From Neoechinorhynchus agilis (lineage: Eukaryota; Animalia; Acanthocephala), in NCBI GenBank assembly GCA_051530055.1, contig CM121342.1, forward strand, positions 11,795,480 through 11,859,479: a DNA stretch of 64,000 bases, read 5' to 3'. The position numbers and the translations under genes were made by a program. The notes beneath the pieces are model-generated. The model worked only from the letters and a program-made list of their open reading frames with translations, was not told the origin of the DNA and searched no databases. Each line of letters starts with the position of its first letter. Position 1 is the stretch's first letter. Of the stretch, positions 49,404-62,233 are shown one piece after another.

Positions 49404-50545
49404 TCCCTTAGTGTCATATATCTTTGTCCTCGGGGAGAATTTGATTGTACGTTGGCGAATCCTGCCCCCGGTGTTATCGTTACTCATTTATTTGAGAAAT
49501 ATTTCGCAAGGTTTCCCTTGCCTCTTCAGTCTCTATCTAAAATGGAGATGACATAAACAGCATGCAAAGCCGGTCATGTCTGGATGAAGCTCAGAACTGC
49601 GGGTTTGCTTATACCCAAAGTGTGGGGGGTTCGATCCGCGCACACCTCTTGCGGTTTGTTGCCGACTAATTGGTTCGTCGTGCTACGCAACCTTGGTAGC
49701 ACCAGCCTGTGGTTTGATTTGTTGCCTTCCATCGTTGGATTTCCCCGGATGTGAATGGCCTCAAGAATCAGTCTTCTTCTCAGATCCGGTTCGCTGGTTA
49801 GGAATGCCGATTTTTCAAAATCCACCTTGTGCTGGGTTGTTTGCTGGTGGTTCGAGATTGCTGAGGATTTGTCGAAGGTCCTGCAAGCCTGTTTATGCTG
49901 CGAGATTCGCTTCTTGATCCCCTGCATAGTTTGTCCAATGTAGACAGTTGAGCATTCTGCACATGGAATTTTGTAGATCCCTGATTTGGTCTCTTGTTTG
50001 GCTTTCCTCTTGAGAATACCCGCAATGGATGCGCCCCGTTTGTTGTAAATCAAAAGATTTATAGCGAGGTACTTGAGACGCCTCAGTTTTCTGGTCGCCG
50101 TGTCACTTATGTGGTGAAAGCCGGTGTATTTGAGGGAGATGCTTGTGGTTTCCTTCTTCTTGCGATGGCCGCTATGTGTTGCTTTTTTAGACCAATTTTG
50201 ATGGACCATTCAGGGAAACCTCGTGATCTAAGAACTTTGGTGATCCTTTGTTTTTCTTCTATCCAATCCCTGCTTTCTGAAGAAATCATCCTGGCCCTCT
50301 TGAAGTAGGACGTTGCCGCTGTTATTTTATAGTGGAACAGTTGGTGGCTCGACCAGTGAGGTGGACCCTATGGTATACCTGGTTTGCGGTAGAGCTGTGT
50401 TTTGATGTTGCCTTTATCTTCGTGTTTTATTCTTACGTCCAAAAAGGAGATAGCACCCTCTTCGTCTTCCTGAGTCATTGACCACTGGATGTTTAGATCC
50501 TCCATGTTGAGTGGAATGCTTAGGTCTCCCATGCTTGTTCGTATT
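49404..50545 (-). mobile_element. Penelope-like element 3' part (thumb, GIY-YIG, 3' region)
   Basis: Homologous to 9716-10860. SGIYKIPCAECSTVYIGQT. Confidence 0.9.
49494..49533 (-). ncRNA. Minimal type I hammerhead ribozyme in the PLE 3' region
   Basis: GAGA-CTGAAGA-G-GCAAGG gaaa CCTTGC-GAAA-TA-TT-TCTC. Stem I covaries with the 9810 copy. Confidence 0.82.
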
Positions 50546-51400
50546 GCCATGGACGCTGTCGTCGATCGCATCTCGATGATTTCCGGCCATTTCGTTGTTG
50601 CCTCTAGCAAAATGAGATATGAGAGACCGTCAAATGGTCAGGCAAAATCGATATGGACGCTGCCACTTTTCCGCCGCAATATTCCATTCTTCGAGAGGAT
50701 GTGGATGTTCTTGTGGTCTGTTAGCCTGGCATTTTCCACATCTTCCAACCCAGCTTTCGATATCAGAATCCAACCTGGGCCGCCATTCATCGATGCTAGA
50801 TGGGGGCTAAGCAGAACCTCGTACAGTGGATGGCAGAAGCTCGTGGGATCGCGAATAATTGTCGATTTCTTCCAAAAGAGACATTAGCCGAGAGCGAGGC
50901 AATTGAGGATCGACTGCGGCATCTTCTCATCCTGAATACTCCATCCGAAGAGATCAGGACGCAGATCCTGAGACTCGAGGATTCTACTTTCGATCAGGTT
51001 CTGAAAGTAGCAACCATCCACGAGACGGCTGAGAGAACAAAAACAATACTAACGAGAGAGTACTGAGGTACGTTTCATCTTTATGCAAGCCACAAAAGCG
51101 AGCTATCTGTCGAAGGGGGCATTATCATGATGTCAGGCCGAATTGTCGTTCCAAGTGATATGGGAAACAGTCTTACGAGCTGCACACTACCATCCTAAGT
51201 CAAATGGACTAGCCGAACGGATGGTTCGGACGTTTAAAGAGAGGGTTATCAGAGGACGTGGAATCGAAACGGATCCACGAACAAACGATGAAAAAGGAGC
51301 CCCCGAAATGATCAACGCGCGGACCTTGCGGAGAAGTAGCCGAATTCGACGACCACCTCCCAGGTTTCGGAACACCTAGAGTGAGAGGGGAGGATATGTT
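50545..51400 (+). mobile_element. Ty3/Gypsy LTR retrotransposon remnant (gag and integrase fragments, PPT)
   Basis: gag-like LRHLLILNTPSEEIRTQILRLEDSTFDQVL, integrase-like HYHPKSNGLAERMVRTFK, purine tract GAGTGAGAGGGGAGGA followed by TG. Confidence 0.65.
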
Positions 51401-52302
51401 AAATATTGATTTAAATTTTTATATATCGATTAGTGCCATACGGGATTATAAAAAACCAGTTATTCAAATCCACGGAGAACACAACAGTCATTAACGGAGA
51501 AACGATTGGCGATAGAGTAAACGCAATTTTCGCGGATAATGAATATAAACTTAACGAGATCATGCATTTAAAGCAGCTGTGTGATTCAAGAGAGGATAAA
51601 ATGCACGATGATCGTTCACGGAATCGATATGAAGGAAAATCGATTCTCAAGATTTCATATATCAGTGAAAAGTTCACGACTCTATGTCCAAGGCGTTTGG
51701 AAGGGAAGTTGTTTCCGCAGACAATGCGAGGAAGAGTTCTGGACATCAGCTCGATAAAGCCTTAGAACTGCCCAACAGGCGGAACGAACTTTCCACATTT
51801 CGATGTCGCCACTTTAACACACTTGACAACTCCACATGGCATTTTAAATTTATAAAGAAGCCGTAGGATGGCGAAAGCTCGAAAATAAAGATTTTCTTTA
51901 TAATCACAAAAGCCCGCCAAAGTGTCCATTTAAAAAATTTGAGCAATCAGACGACTGGGAAATCAAGTAGTAATTCACATCATAAATTGTGATTATCGAT
52001 TGGTGGTCAATTAAGCTAGATTATAATTGTTTGGAGCACAATGGGAGGTTACAAATTCGCCAAAAGCACCCATTAAGGACCATGAACTCAAATCGAGTAA
52101 CGAAGAATGTGAAATTGAATGAACGCAACGATAAATCATAAATCGAGGCGGCGAATCTACCGACAGGACCACTGCCCATTCTTGAAGAACAATTTTCATA
52201 AATTTCTTTTAAATGAACGAACAACAACGAACTGAATATGTTGCGTGTCGAAAAGGAAAAAAAATTCTGCCACTTAAATCTTCCGATAACACAATACATT
52301 TA

Positions 52303-55300
52303 CTAAACGTTTCTCCGCCGACTTACAGTATACGCAATTCTACTTGAGGCTAACCATAGCAAGGAAAAGCTTGTAACGAAAATCACATATATCGCAAACA
52401 AAGATAAAATTCCTACGAGCACTGCAGTCCAAACGTTGTAATGAGTCGGTCTATGCCCCCGTGTTTTTAATAAGGAGAAATTTCCCCACATCTTGAAAAC
52501 CGGGCTATGATACTGTAGAATTCCAGATCAGCGTGGCACGATGTGTCATTTGAATTACAAATTTCCCCGCAGAATGGTGCTCGAAAACCCGGTTTACAAA
52601 TACAATGCACTCGACTGTTACTCAATGTCTCGCAATAACCACCATTTTTGCAAATATTTGCTGAACAGCCGGTAAATGAGTCACATTGAAATCCTTCAAA
52701 ACCTGCGACGCAACTGCATTTGTATCCTCCAGGAGAGTTTGTACAATTTCCACTGTTTTGGCATGGATTATTCGAGCATTCGTCGACATCGGTTTCGCAG
52801 TTGGCACCTTCGAAACCCCCGACGCAACTGCATTTGTATCCTCCGAAAGTGTTTGTGCAAGTTCCACCATTTTGGCATGGATTATTCGAGCATTCGTCAA
52901 CATCGGTTTCGCACTTTGCACCTTCGAAACCTGCGACACAACTGCAGTTGTATCCTCCGGCAGTGTTTGTGCAAGTACCACCGTTTTGGCATGGATTATT
53001 CGAGCATTCGTCGATATCGGTTTCGCACTTTGCACCTTCGAAACCTGCGGCACAACTACATTTGTATCCTCCAGGAGAGTTTGTACAATTTCCACTGTTT
53101 TGGCATGGATTATTCGAGCATTCGTCGACATCGGTTTCGCAGTTTGCACCTTCGAAACCCGCGATGCAACTGCAATTGTATCCACCAGGAGTGTTTGTGC
53201 AAGTTCCACCGTTTTGGCATGGATTATTCGAGCATTCGTCGACATCGGTTTCGCAGTTTGCACCTTCGAAACCCGCGACGCAACTGCAATTGTATCCTCC
53301 GGGAGTGTTTGTGCAAGTTCCACCGTTTTGGCATGGATTATTCGAGCATTCGTCGATATCGGTTTCGCAGTTTGCACCTTCGAAACCCGCGACGCAACTG
53401 CAATTGTATCCACCAGGAGTGTTTGTGCAAGTTCCACCGTTTTGGCATGGATTATTCGAGCATTCGTCGACATCGGTTTCGCAGTTTACACCTTCGAAAC
53501 CCGCGACGCAACTGCAATTGTATCCTCCGGGAGTGTTTGTGCAAGTTCCACCGTTTTGGCATGGATTATTCGAGCATTCGTCGATATCGGTTTCGCAGTT
53601 TGCACCTTCGAAACCCGCGACGCAACTGCAGTTGTATCCTCCGGGAGTGTTTGTGCAAGTTCCACCGTTTTGGCATGGATTATTCGAGCATTCGTCGACA
53701 TCTGTTTCGCAGTTTACACCTTCGAAACCTGCGACGCAACTGCAATTGTATCCTCCGGCAGTGTTTGTGCAAGTTCCACCGTTTTGGCATGGATTATTCG
53801 AGCATTCGTCGATATCGGTTTCGCACTTTGCACCTTCGAAACCTGCGACACAACTGCAGTTGTATCCTCCGGGAGTGTTTATGCAAGTTCCACCGTTTTG
53901 GCATGGATTATTCGAGCATTCGTCGATATCGGTTTCGCAGTTTGCACCTTCGAAACCCGCGACGCAACTGCAATTGTATCCACCAGGAGTGTTTGTGCAA
54001 GTTCCACCGTTTTGGCATGGATTATTCGAGCATTCGTCGACATCGGTTTCGCAGTTTACACCTTCGAAACCTGCGACGCAACTGCAATTGTATCCTCCGG
54101 GAGTGTTTGTGCAAGTTCCACCGTTTTGGCATGGATTATTCGAGCATTCGTCGACATCTGTTTCGCAGTTTACACCTTCGAAACCTGCGACGCAACTGCA
54201 ATTGTATCCTCCGGGAGTGTTTGTGCAAGTTCCACCGTTTTGGCATGGATTATTCGAGCATTCGTCGATATCGGTTTCGCAGTTAACACCTTCGAAACCC
54301 GCGACGCAACTGCAGTTGTATCCTCCGGGAGTGTTTGTGCAAGTTCCACCGTTTTGGCATGGATTATTCGAGCATTCGTCGATATCGGTTTCGCAGTTAA
54401 CACCTTCGAAACCCGCGACGCAACTGCAGTTGTATCCTCCGGGAGTGTTTGTGCAAGTTCCACCGTTTTGGCATGGATTATTCGAGCATTCGTCGACATC
54501 GGTTTCGCAGTTAACACCTTCGAAACCCGCGACGCAACTGCAATTATCCTCCGGGAGTGTTTGTGCAATTCCACCGTTTTGGCATGGATTATTCGAGCAT
54601 TCGTCGACATCTGTTTCGCAGTTTACACCTTCGAAACCTGCGACGCAACTGCAATTGTATCCTCCGGCGGTGTTTGTGCAAGTTCCACCGTTTTGGCATG
54701 GATTATTCGAGCATTCGTCGATATCGGTTTCGCACTTTGCACCTTCGAAACCTGCGACACAACTGCAGTTGTATCCTCCAGTGTTTATGCAAGTTCCACC
54801 GTTTTGGCATGGATTATTCGAGCATTCGTCGATATCGGTTTCGCAGTTAACACCTTCGAAACCCGCGACGCAACTGCAGTTGTATCCTCCGGGAGTGTTT
54901 GTGCAAGTTCCACCGTTTTGGCATGGATTATTCGAGCATTCGTCGACATCTGTTTCGCAGTTCACACCTTCGAAACCTTCGACGCAACTGCAATTGTATC
55001 CTCCGGCAGTGTTTGTGCAAGTTCCACCGTTTTGGCATTGATTATTCGAGCATTCATCGATATCGGTTTCGCAGTTTGCACCTTCGAAACCCGCGACGCA
55101 ACTGCAATTGTATCCACCAGGAGTGTTTGTGCAAGTTCCACCGTTTTGGCATGGATTATTCGAGCATTCGTCGACATCGGTTTCGCAGTTTACACCTTCG
55201 AAACCCGCGACGCAACTGCAATTGTATCCACCAGGAGTGTTTGTGCAAGTTCCACCGTTTTGGCATGGATTATTCGAGCATTCGTCGATATCGGTTTCGC

Positions 55301-58106
55301 AGTTAACACCTTCGAAACCCGCGACGCAACTGCAGTTGTATCCTCCAGGAGTGTTTGTGCAAGTTCCACCGTTTTGGCATGGATTATTCGAGCATTCGTC
55401 GACATCGGTTTCGCAGTTAACACCTTCGAAACCCACGACGCAACTGCAGTTGTATCCTCCGGGAGCGTTTGTGCAAGTTCCACCGTTTTGACATGGATTA
55501 TTCGAGCATTCGTCGACATCGGTTTCGCAGTTAGCACCTTCGAAACCACCGACGCAACTGCAGTTATATCCTCCGAGAGTGTTTGTGCAAGTTCCACCGT
55601 TTTGGCATGGATTATTCGAGCATTCATCGACATCTGTTTCGCAGTTCACACCTTCGAAACCTGCGACGCAACTGCAATTGTATCCTCCGGCAGTGTTTGT
55701 GCAAGTTCCACCGTTTTGGCATTGATTATTCGAGCATTCGTCGATATCGGTTTCGCAGTTTGCACCTTCGAAACCCGCGACGCAACTGCAATTGTATCCA
55801 CCAGGAGTGTTTGTGCAAGTTCCACCGTTTTGGCATGGATTATTCGGTCGATATCGGTTTCGCAGTTTACCTTCGAAACCCGCGACGCAACTGCAATTGT
55901 ATCCACCAAGAGTGTGCAAGTTCCACCGTTTTGGCATGGATTATTCGAGCATTCGTCGATATCGGTTTCGCAGTTAACACCTTCGAAACCCGCGACGCAA
56001 CTGCAGTTGTATCCACCAAGAGTGTTTGTGCAAGTTCCACCGTTTTGGCATGGATTATTCGAGCATTCGTCGATATCGGTTTCGCAGTTAACACCTTCGA
56101 AACCCGCGACGCAACTGCAGTTGTATCCTCCGGGAGTGTTTGTGCAAGTTCCACCGTTTTGGCATGGATTATTCGAGCATTCGTCGATATCGGTTTCGCA
56201 GTTTGCACCTTCGAAACCTGCGACGCAACTGCAATTGTATCCTCCGAGAGTGTTTGTGCAAGTTCCACCGTTTTGACAAGGCGTAGTCAAACATTCGTTG
56301 ATATCCAATTCGCAGTTCTTTCCTTCAAATCCATCAGGACAAGTACAATTGTAGCCTCCTTCGAAGTTAATGCATGTACTGTTGTTTTTGCAGATATCCA
56401 TCAAACACTCGTCAGTGTCTTGCTCACAGCAGTGACCTTGCCATCCAACTGGACATGTACAGTTGAATGAACCTTTAATGTTTGTGCAGATTCCTTTATT
56501 TCGGCACGATTGTTTATCGCAGCTATTCCATATGTAAGCTTGGTTGCCGAACAAATCATTTCTCATTTTTCCATTCGACTCGCAGTCCTCCATTTCTTTA
56601 AAAAAGGGTTTGCCGATGTGAGGTAACAAATACTTTGGATTCCCGTTAAATATTTATAAAATATGACGCTGATTTGATGGGAATAATTCTATCGCAATTC
56701 TCTAATAATCATTGAAATTTAAAGTGTTCTAATCAATGCTGATTTGACCTAAAGTCAGAATTCGAGAAGGATAGACGAATGTAAAAGATTTGTTTCATTT
56801 TTAAGGATTGATTACAACTTGTTATTTTAAATGAATATTCAGAGAGTTCATGAAGACGAAAACGCAACCCAAAAGTACCGTCCACTCAGAACATGTCTTT
56901 TGAAACAGCGAATCACAAGCCAGTTTTAATAAAACAAGCTAAACCCCAAATATCAGGAAAAAATAAATTCTTCAAATATTTCACTACTTTCGGCTTTTTA
57001 TGAAATATTCAGACTTTAACTGTATGATTTTGTGATACCAGCGATGAACTATTGAACGCAAACTCATAATTGACAATAACACGTTAGAATTTGAACTTAC
57101 CTGCCACACAAGCAGTATAAATATGCCTATATTCTTCAAGCAAGGAGATAAATGAGCATTTTAGATCATCCGAGTAGAACCCGGAACCAAAAGTGCAATG
57201 GAAATGACAACGAACTAAAGGAAAATGTTTCTAGATTCGGAGGAAAACATTTTATGTGTACCAAATGATCCAGACTCGCCATCAGGAATTTGTTGGATGA
57301 AAGCAAGGCATGGGCCGCGTTCAAAGTCAATATAATACATCCACCCCGCTAAATAAGTGAATAGTCGGTCCAGTCCTTTATAAAGTAATTGAACATCGTC
57401 CTCGTTTTGCGCAAGGTATGGCCTTGACTTGTACCAATGAGCAGCGCAAACATTGTCGATATTGGAGCGTTCCGTATTTGTCGCCCGGGCGAAGAATATA
57501 CACTTATTTCCGGTCTTAAATTCACACTGATTCTGCGCTGTTCATCGAAACGTTGAATTAAATGCGATCGCCAGACCAGCTTGCACTCACGTTCAATGTC
57601 ATCATCGTAGTCACTTTTAAAAAACTTTTTTAGATGGTGTTTCTGCTGAGGAATTCCTGAAATAAAATCAAACTCGCCCTTGGTGGCCTTGTCGGCCTTC
57701 ACATATTCGCTATAATTCTCCGACCTTCTCTTCTTAAACGGGCATTTAAATTCCTTGCATTCATCTACATCATCCTCACAGACGGCTCCAGCAAGGCCTG
57801 ATGGACAATCACATCGAAATGCACCGAACGTATTGATGCAATGAACATCTTTTGGACAAGGATTTCGAGAGCATTCGTTGACATCGTCATTGCAGTCGGC
57901 TCCGGTATATTCGGGCTTACAGTTGCACTGATATCCACCTTTGTTGGAAATACATGTTCCGCGATTCTCACAAGGATTCTTGCTACAATCTATGAAGGTT
58001 ATAGTCAACAAAAACGACTTTCACGATTTCTTATTGTTTTACCTTGTGCCAAAACATTGTACAGCGATGAAGTTAGAATTAATAAGAACTCATAGTTGTG
58101 TCTCAT
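52303..58106 (-). CDS. Multi-EGF protein, copy 2: 31 cbEGF repeats; frameshifts in the array and just before the TM segment as assembled
   Basis: Same signal-peptide exon (58043-58106). Array span 52771-56172 equals 30x114 bp minus 19 nt. The TM segment is in a separate frame (52303-52491). Confidence 0.8.
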
Positions 58107-58377
58107 TTTTACTAATTTCCGGCATACAATTTATGGACTTTTATTATGCAACGTTGCCGTGGAGATAGAATAATATAGCGGACAACGGAATCACTTATGT
58201 TCTTGCAATTGAGTTATTTTTGTCGGTTGGAATAAATTCGTTCAGTTCTTTTACTTTCGAAACTTAAATGCCAATTATTCTGCTATTTCAGAACTACTCA
58301 CGTTCCACAATTAATACATACTATCGCTTGGTGTCTTGAATTATTATCTTCGTGGGAAAAGATACTTTTTGTAGTAA

Positions 58378-58551
58378 TACCACCCCGGATTTAAAAACGA
58401 CTAATTTATTACCGGTATTTCGTCAGATAATTCGAACATTTTCAAGGCCAACCATTGTTTCGCAAGTCAGTTTGTTGATTAAAAGTTTACTTGCAGAATT
58501 ATCAGACGAAACATCGGTAATAAATTAGTCCTTTTTAAATCCGGGGTAGTA
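58378..58551. repeat. Intact foldback element (~56-bp arms), the empty site of the CRE insertion
   Basis: TACCACCCCGGATTTAAAAACGACTAATTTATTACCGG... pairs with ...CGGTAATAAATTAGTCCTTTTTAAATCCGGGGTAGTA. Confidence 0.85.
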
Positions 58552-59530
58552 TATCTAACAAAAGAAAATGCCTTAGCTTCAATGAAAGTTTCGTAGGCGG
58601 TAAGGCCGATAACAATCTCAAAAATACAAGACCTTTTATCTTGTCAAACGTGTTAACTTTGAACTCTTTGCGTTTGATTTCCAATATTTTTTGTCGCTTC
58701 TTGTTCCCAATAGCGAATAAACTGAGGTAAGAATTAAAAATTAAGCATTTTTCGAATTAAATTGTTCTTGGCCGATCTATCGATCGGCCGTAATTGCCAC
58801 AAAAATGTTTCTATAGTAACGAAAACCGCAGAACGGGACTATTGAATTTGAGAACTAACCGTGGAATCGTATTCGTGTTATAAGAAAAACTACTTCTTGA
58901 ACGATAGGATGAATTAGGCGAGATTGAGGTTACTACCTGATTTCTTACGAAAACAAAGAAGTAAAGGATCGGATAAGACTATTAGAGGTTAGCACTGAAT
59001 TGAAGGATAGAATTTTCTTCTAACGCAGGGAATCAGGACATAGGAAAACAACAGGTTGAAATTTTAAACGTTGGGCGTGGTAGCCCATCTGAAGCACTAA
59101 ACCTGCAATCATTATCCTTTTGCTTCTTTGAAAACGTTCTGCGAATCTCGTCGGGTTCAACAAACTGATGGTGAACCCGACGAGGTTCGAAACTTTTTTA
59201 ATAAAAAATTATTTACCGGGTGAATACCTAAACAATAAGTCTAATAAAACTTTATATATCATACATAGGCATGCATAATTTGTGTCACTCGGATAAATAT
59301 GGTTCCGATTTTGAGAAAAATCCATGAATTTGCGGAATAGGTCCAATTTCAGAATTCATTACTTTTCCACTGTTCAGGTGATACTCATCAACACTTCTTA
59401 GATTGACATTACAATAAATTGCTTATTTGTAAACCGATCCCGTGTGATTTACAGCAATTTCACCTTATAACAAAAAAATTTTCATTAGAATTAAATCTCT
59501 CGCAATTAAAACAAGTATCAAATTTAGCTG

Positions 59531-59965
59531 ATGAACCGACAATGTAAACAATCTGTAAAAAGAATTATTAAGAAATCTGTTCTACTTCAATCAAAAAAAT
59601 CGGAACTTGTGGCGGCATTTAGAGAACCCTCAGAAAAAGAACTTAAGAAGCAGAATAAACATGCGAAGGAAGTACTTTTGGAGCAGACTTTGGAATACCA
59701 AAAGTTGATAAATCCTGACTATAGTGTCAGAGGTGCCGTTCTTGATAAAGAGAAATGGACAGGCGAGGCTGTAAAAGAGAAGGATTTCGTTCCTGATCCT
59801 CTGGTGGACATAAGAGCTCGACCGTTCTTGTGTTCGCAATATTTTTCGATAGACGGAATGGGTGAAATAATAAGACATGATATACCGATGTGCGCTGGTG
59901 GTATTGGCAGCGAAGAGAAACGTAAAAAAATTGTGGAACAATACGATAATCTTTTAAAGGAATAA
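59531..59965 (+). CDS. Duplicate of the 144-aa ORF at 43281-43715; upstream exons largely deleted
   Basis: Two amino-acid differences (L/F, S/G). Confidence 0.45.
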   Translation: MNRQCKQSVKRIIKKSVLLQSKKSELVAAFREPSEKELKKQNKHAKEVLLEQTLEYQKLINPDYSVRGAVLDKEKWTGEAVKEKDFVPDPLVDIRARPFLCSQYFSIDGMGEIIRHDIPMCAGGIGSEEKRKKIVEQYDNLLKE

Positions 59966-59997
59966 ATATACTTTTTCCAAGTGTTAAAGTGAACATA

Positions 59998-60774
59998 CCT
60001 TACACGGCTGTCAGGGCCGTGATCCAATCACTTAGGCAATGAACCATACGGTTAAGACCTCAGACACCTGATGATGAGGCAGGACTCATCAGTAAGTTTC
60101 CTCCCTTCAGCACTATTTCGCCTCCATTGGTTATGAGTCACAGGTGATAAATGATTTTGAGCCTTATGAACCTGAAACAGGTATTCGTGAATCAAGTCCA
60201 CTAGACAACCTCGATACAACTACGGAATGTACAAATTCTGCTTGTTTTATACCTTGGCAAAAGTATTCAATTATTTTATATCATGTCTGGTTAGTCGGTT
60301 ACATTTTATTATAAGTGTTTAGAACATCTTTTACTCACCTTTTTCCTTTAGGCACACATTCAACCGATATCTTGCGCCAGGGAAGTGATCGACTAACTTA
60401 AACTTTGAACCTTACGGCAATGAGTTTGTACATCCCTCAGAATCCTCAGATATCTTCATTGGAATAAATGTAACCAGCTAGCCAGGTATAAAACCGGCAA
60501 ATTTTGTACATTCCGTAGTTGTATCGAGGTGGTTTATTGGACTTGAGCCCAATTCCTTGTTCCATGGTCTAAGAGTTAAAAATCCATGATCGCCGATGAC
60601 TCATAACCAAAGGCGACAAAATGCCGTTGAAGGGAGGCGGAAACTCACTGATGAATCCTGCCTTCTCGCGACGTATTTGAGGTTCCTGAGGATGTACAAA
60701 CTCATTGTCGTAGGGTCCAAAGTATAAGTGATTCAATCACTTCCCTGATGCGATATATCGGTTTGCTGTGTGCC
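59998..60774. mobile_element. Duplicated head-to-head pair of Pol III/hammerhead elements (B' and C')
   Basis: Near-identical to 43748-44525. Confidence 0.8.
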
Positions 60775-61860
60775 AAAGGAAATCAGCCGCAACACCTAGC
60801 GAAAAAATGTTGCCGGATAGCCAGACCAAAGACAAAATAAATATACTTTCATTTTATTCGGTATGTTCCTCTTCGTTCCTTTTCAACAATAAGAAATTCG
60901 ATGATTGAATTAGAGATTGGTACTCAAAAAATATGAAAATTTGACACCTTAATAAACAAGCTTATTGATGGATTCTATGCGAATGCGTGCAGATCAAAAA
61001 CTTGAATTTGCTAGTTAATACTGAGACTCATGGAGATTTAGAACCAAAACAAATATGGTCCCAAATCTAACGACCAATGTGGGTGATTCTTCGATTACGA
61101 ATCAGACGGTGCATTGAAGCGTATAAAGGAACTTTTGCGATATACAAAATTATAGTCGGCGGATTGAAATTCCACTCTTCATCAAAAATCCCATTTGATT
61201 CCAACATTACTTTTCGCAAGAATGCGTAAATCGTTACAAAGAATAACCGCTAACAACTCGATCGCTTTGAGAGTGAAATACTCTGTCCTTGGCCTACGAC
61301 TTTCATCGTTTTTAATAGAATCCAGAAGAATCGCAGAATGATGAATATGCGTCAATCTAGTCGCCCTTTAAGTGATTCTTTAAAAGCCATCCATGGCAGA
61401 CAATCTTAGTTCTGACGTTCAGGTTGTTGGTTTGGTGGGACTAAATGGTTGTGATTTTACTGCACTAATCTTCGATTGATGGGAACGCGTCCAATAACTT
61501 GTGGAAATTTTGCCGATTTCGATAAGGTTTCTTCATTTAATCTCAGCCTAATCTTTAAGCGGATTAAATTCACGTTTATTTTCCATGGGATAAAAGCTCA
61601 AGAAAAAGAGATATCCTAGCGACTGAAAGCGCCACTCACATATTTAAAAACTTACAAGCAACGGAACAACGCTATTGAACTTTCGAAGTCTGTAGTTAAG
61701 TCTCGAACAATTATTATTGAGGTGAGACTTCCTCTTTCGAAATATCCTCAATTAAATTCGTTTATCCGAGGTGATTATGATCACCACCTATCTCCAATTA
61801 CCAATTTAATCCTCAAGATAAAATCCTTCGGAATTATAGAGATGTGATGAACGTAATACC

Positions 61861-61949
61861 CCCGGATAAAAACATATTTTATTGATTTATACTGATGAGG
61901 CGAGGTTCTATCTTTTGAAATATCCTCAATAAAATTCGTTTTATCCGGG
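61861..61949. repeat. Short foldback with a minimal hammerhead-like core
   Basis: Arms CCCGGATAAAA...TTTTATTGA / TCAATAAAA...TTTTATCCGGG. CTGATGA 61892-61898, GAAATATC 61917-61924. Related pieces at about 6750-6830 and 61715-61790. Confidence 0.65.
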
Positions 61950-62233
61950 ATCGATTATGTGCAATAAAATGCAACCGGTCCATTTAATTTGACTAATTTT
62001 CTTATAACCTCGGACATTCAATTTTGTCGTTTATTTGACCGCTCTCTATTGGCATATTATCCAGAACCTCATTGTTTCTAAAATCTAAATCTAACTGAAT
62101 TCGAGGATATATGGTCATGGTTATTGGGAATAACTGATGAACTCGTTTCTTTGCCGTTGAAACGTACCTTCCTTTTGATAAGAGAACATTTTGCACGATC
62201 TAACAGATAAATACCTTCCTTCAATTTCAGATA

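Larger units (their letters stand above)
51455..61704 (+). repeat. Segmental duplication, copy 2 of about 28457-45348
   Basis: Collinear near-identity over kilobases (e.g. 36277-38470 vs 56276-58470; 42878-45070 vs 59129-61325), with large indels. Confidence 0.93.
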
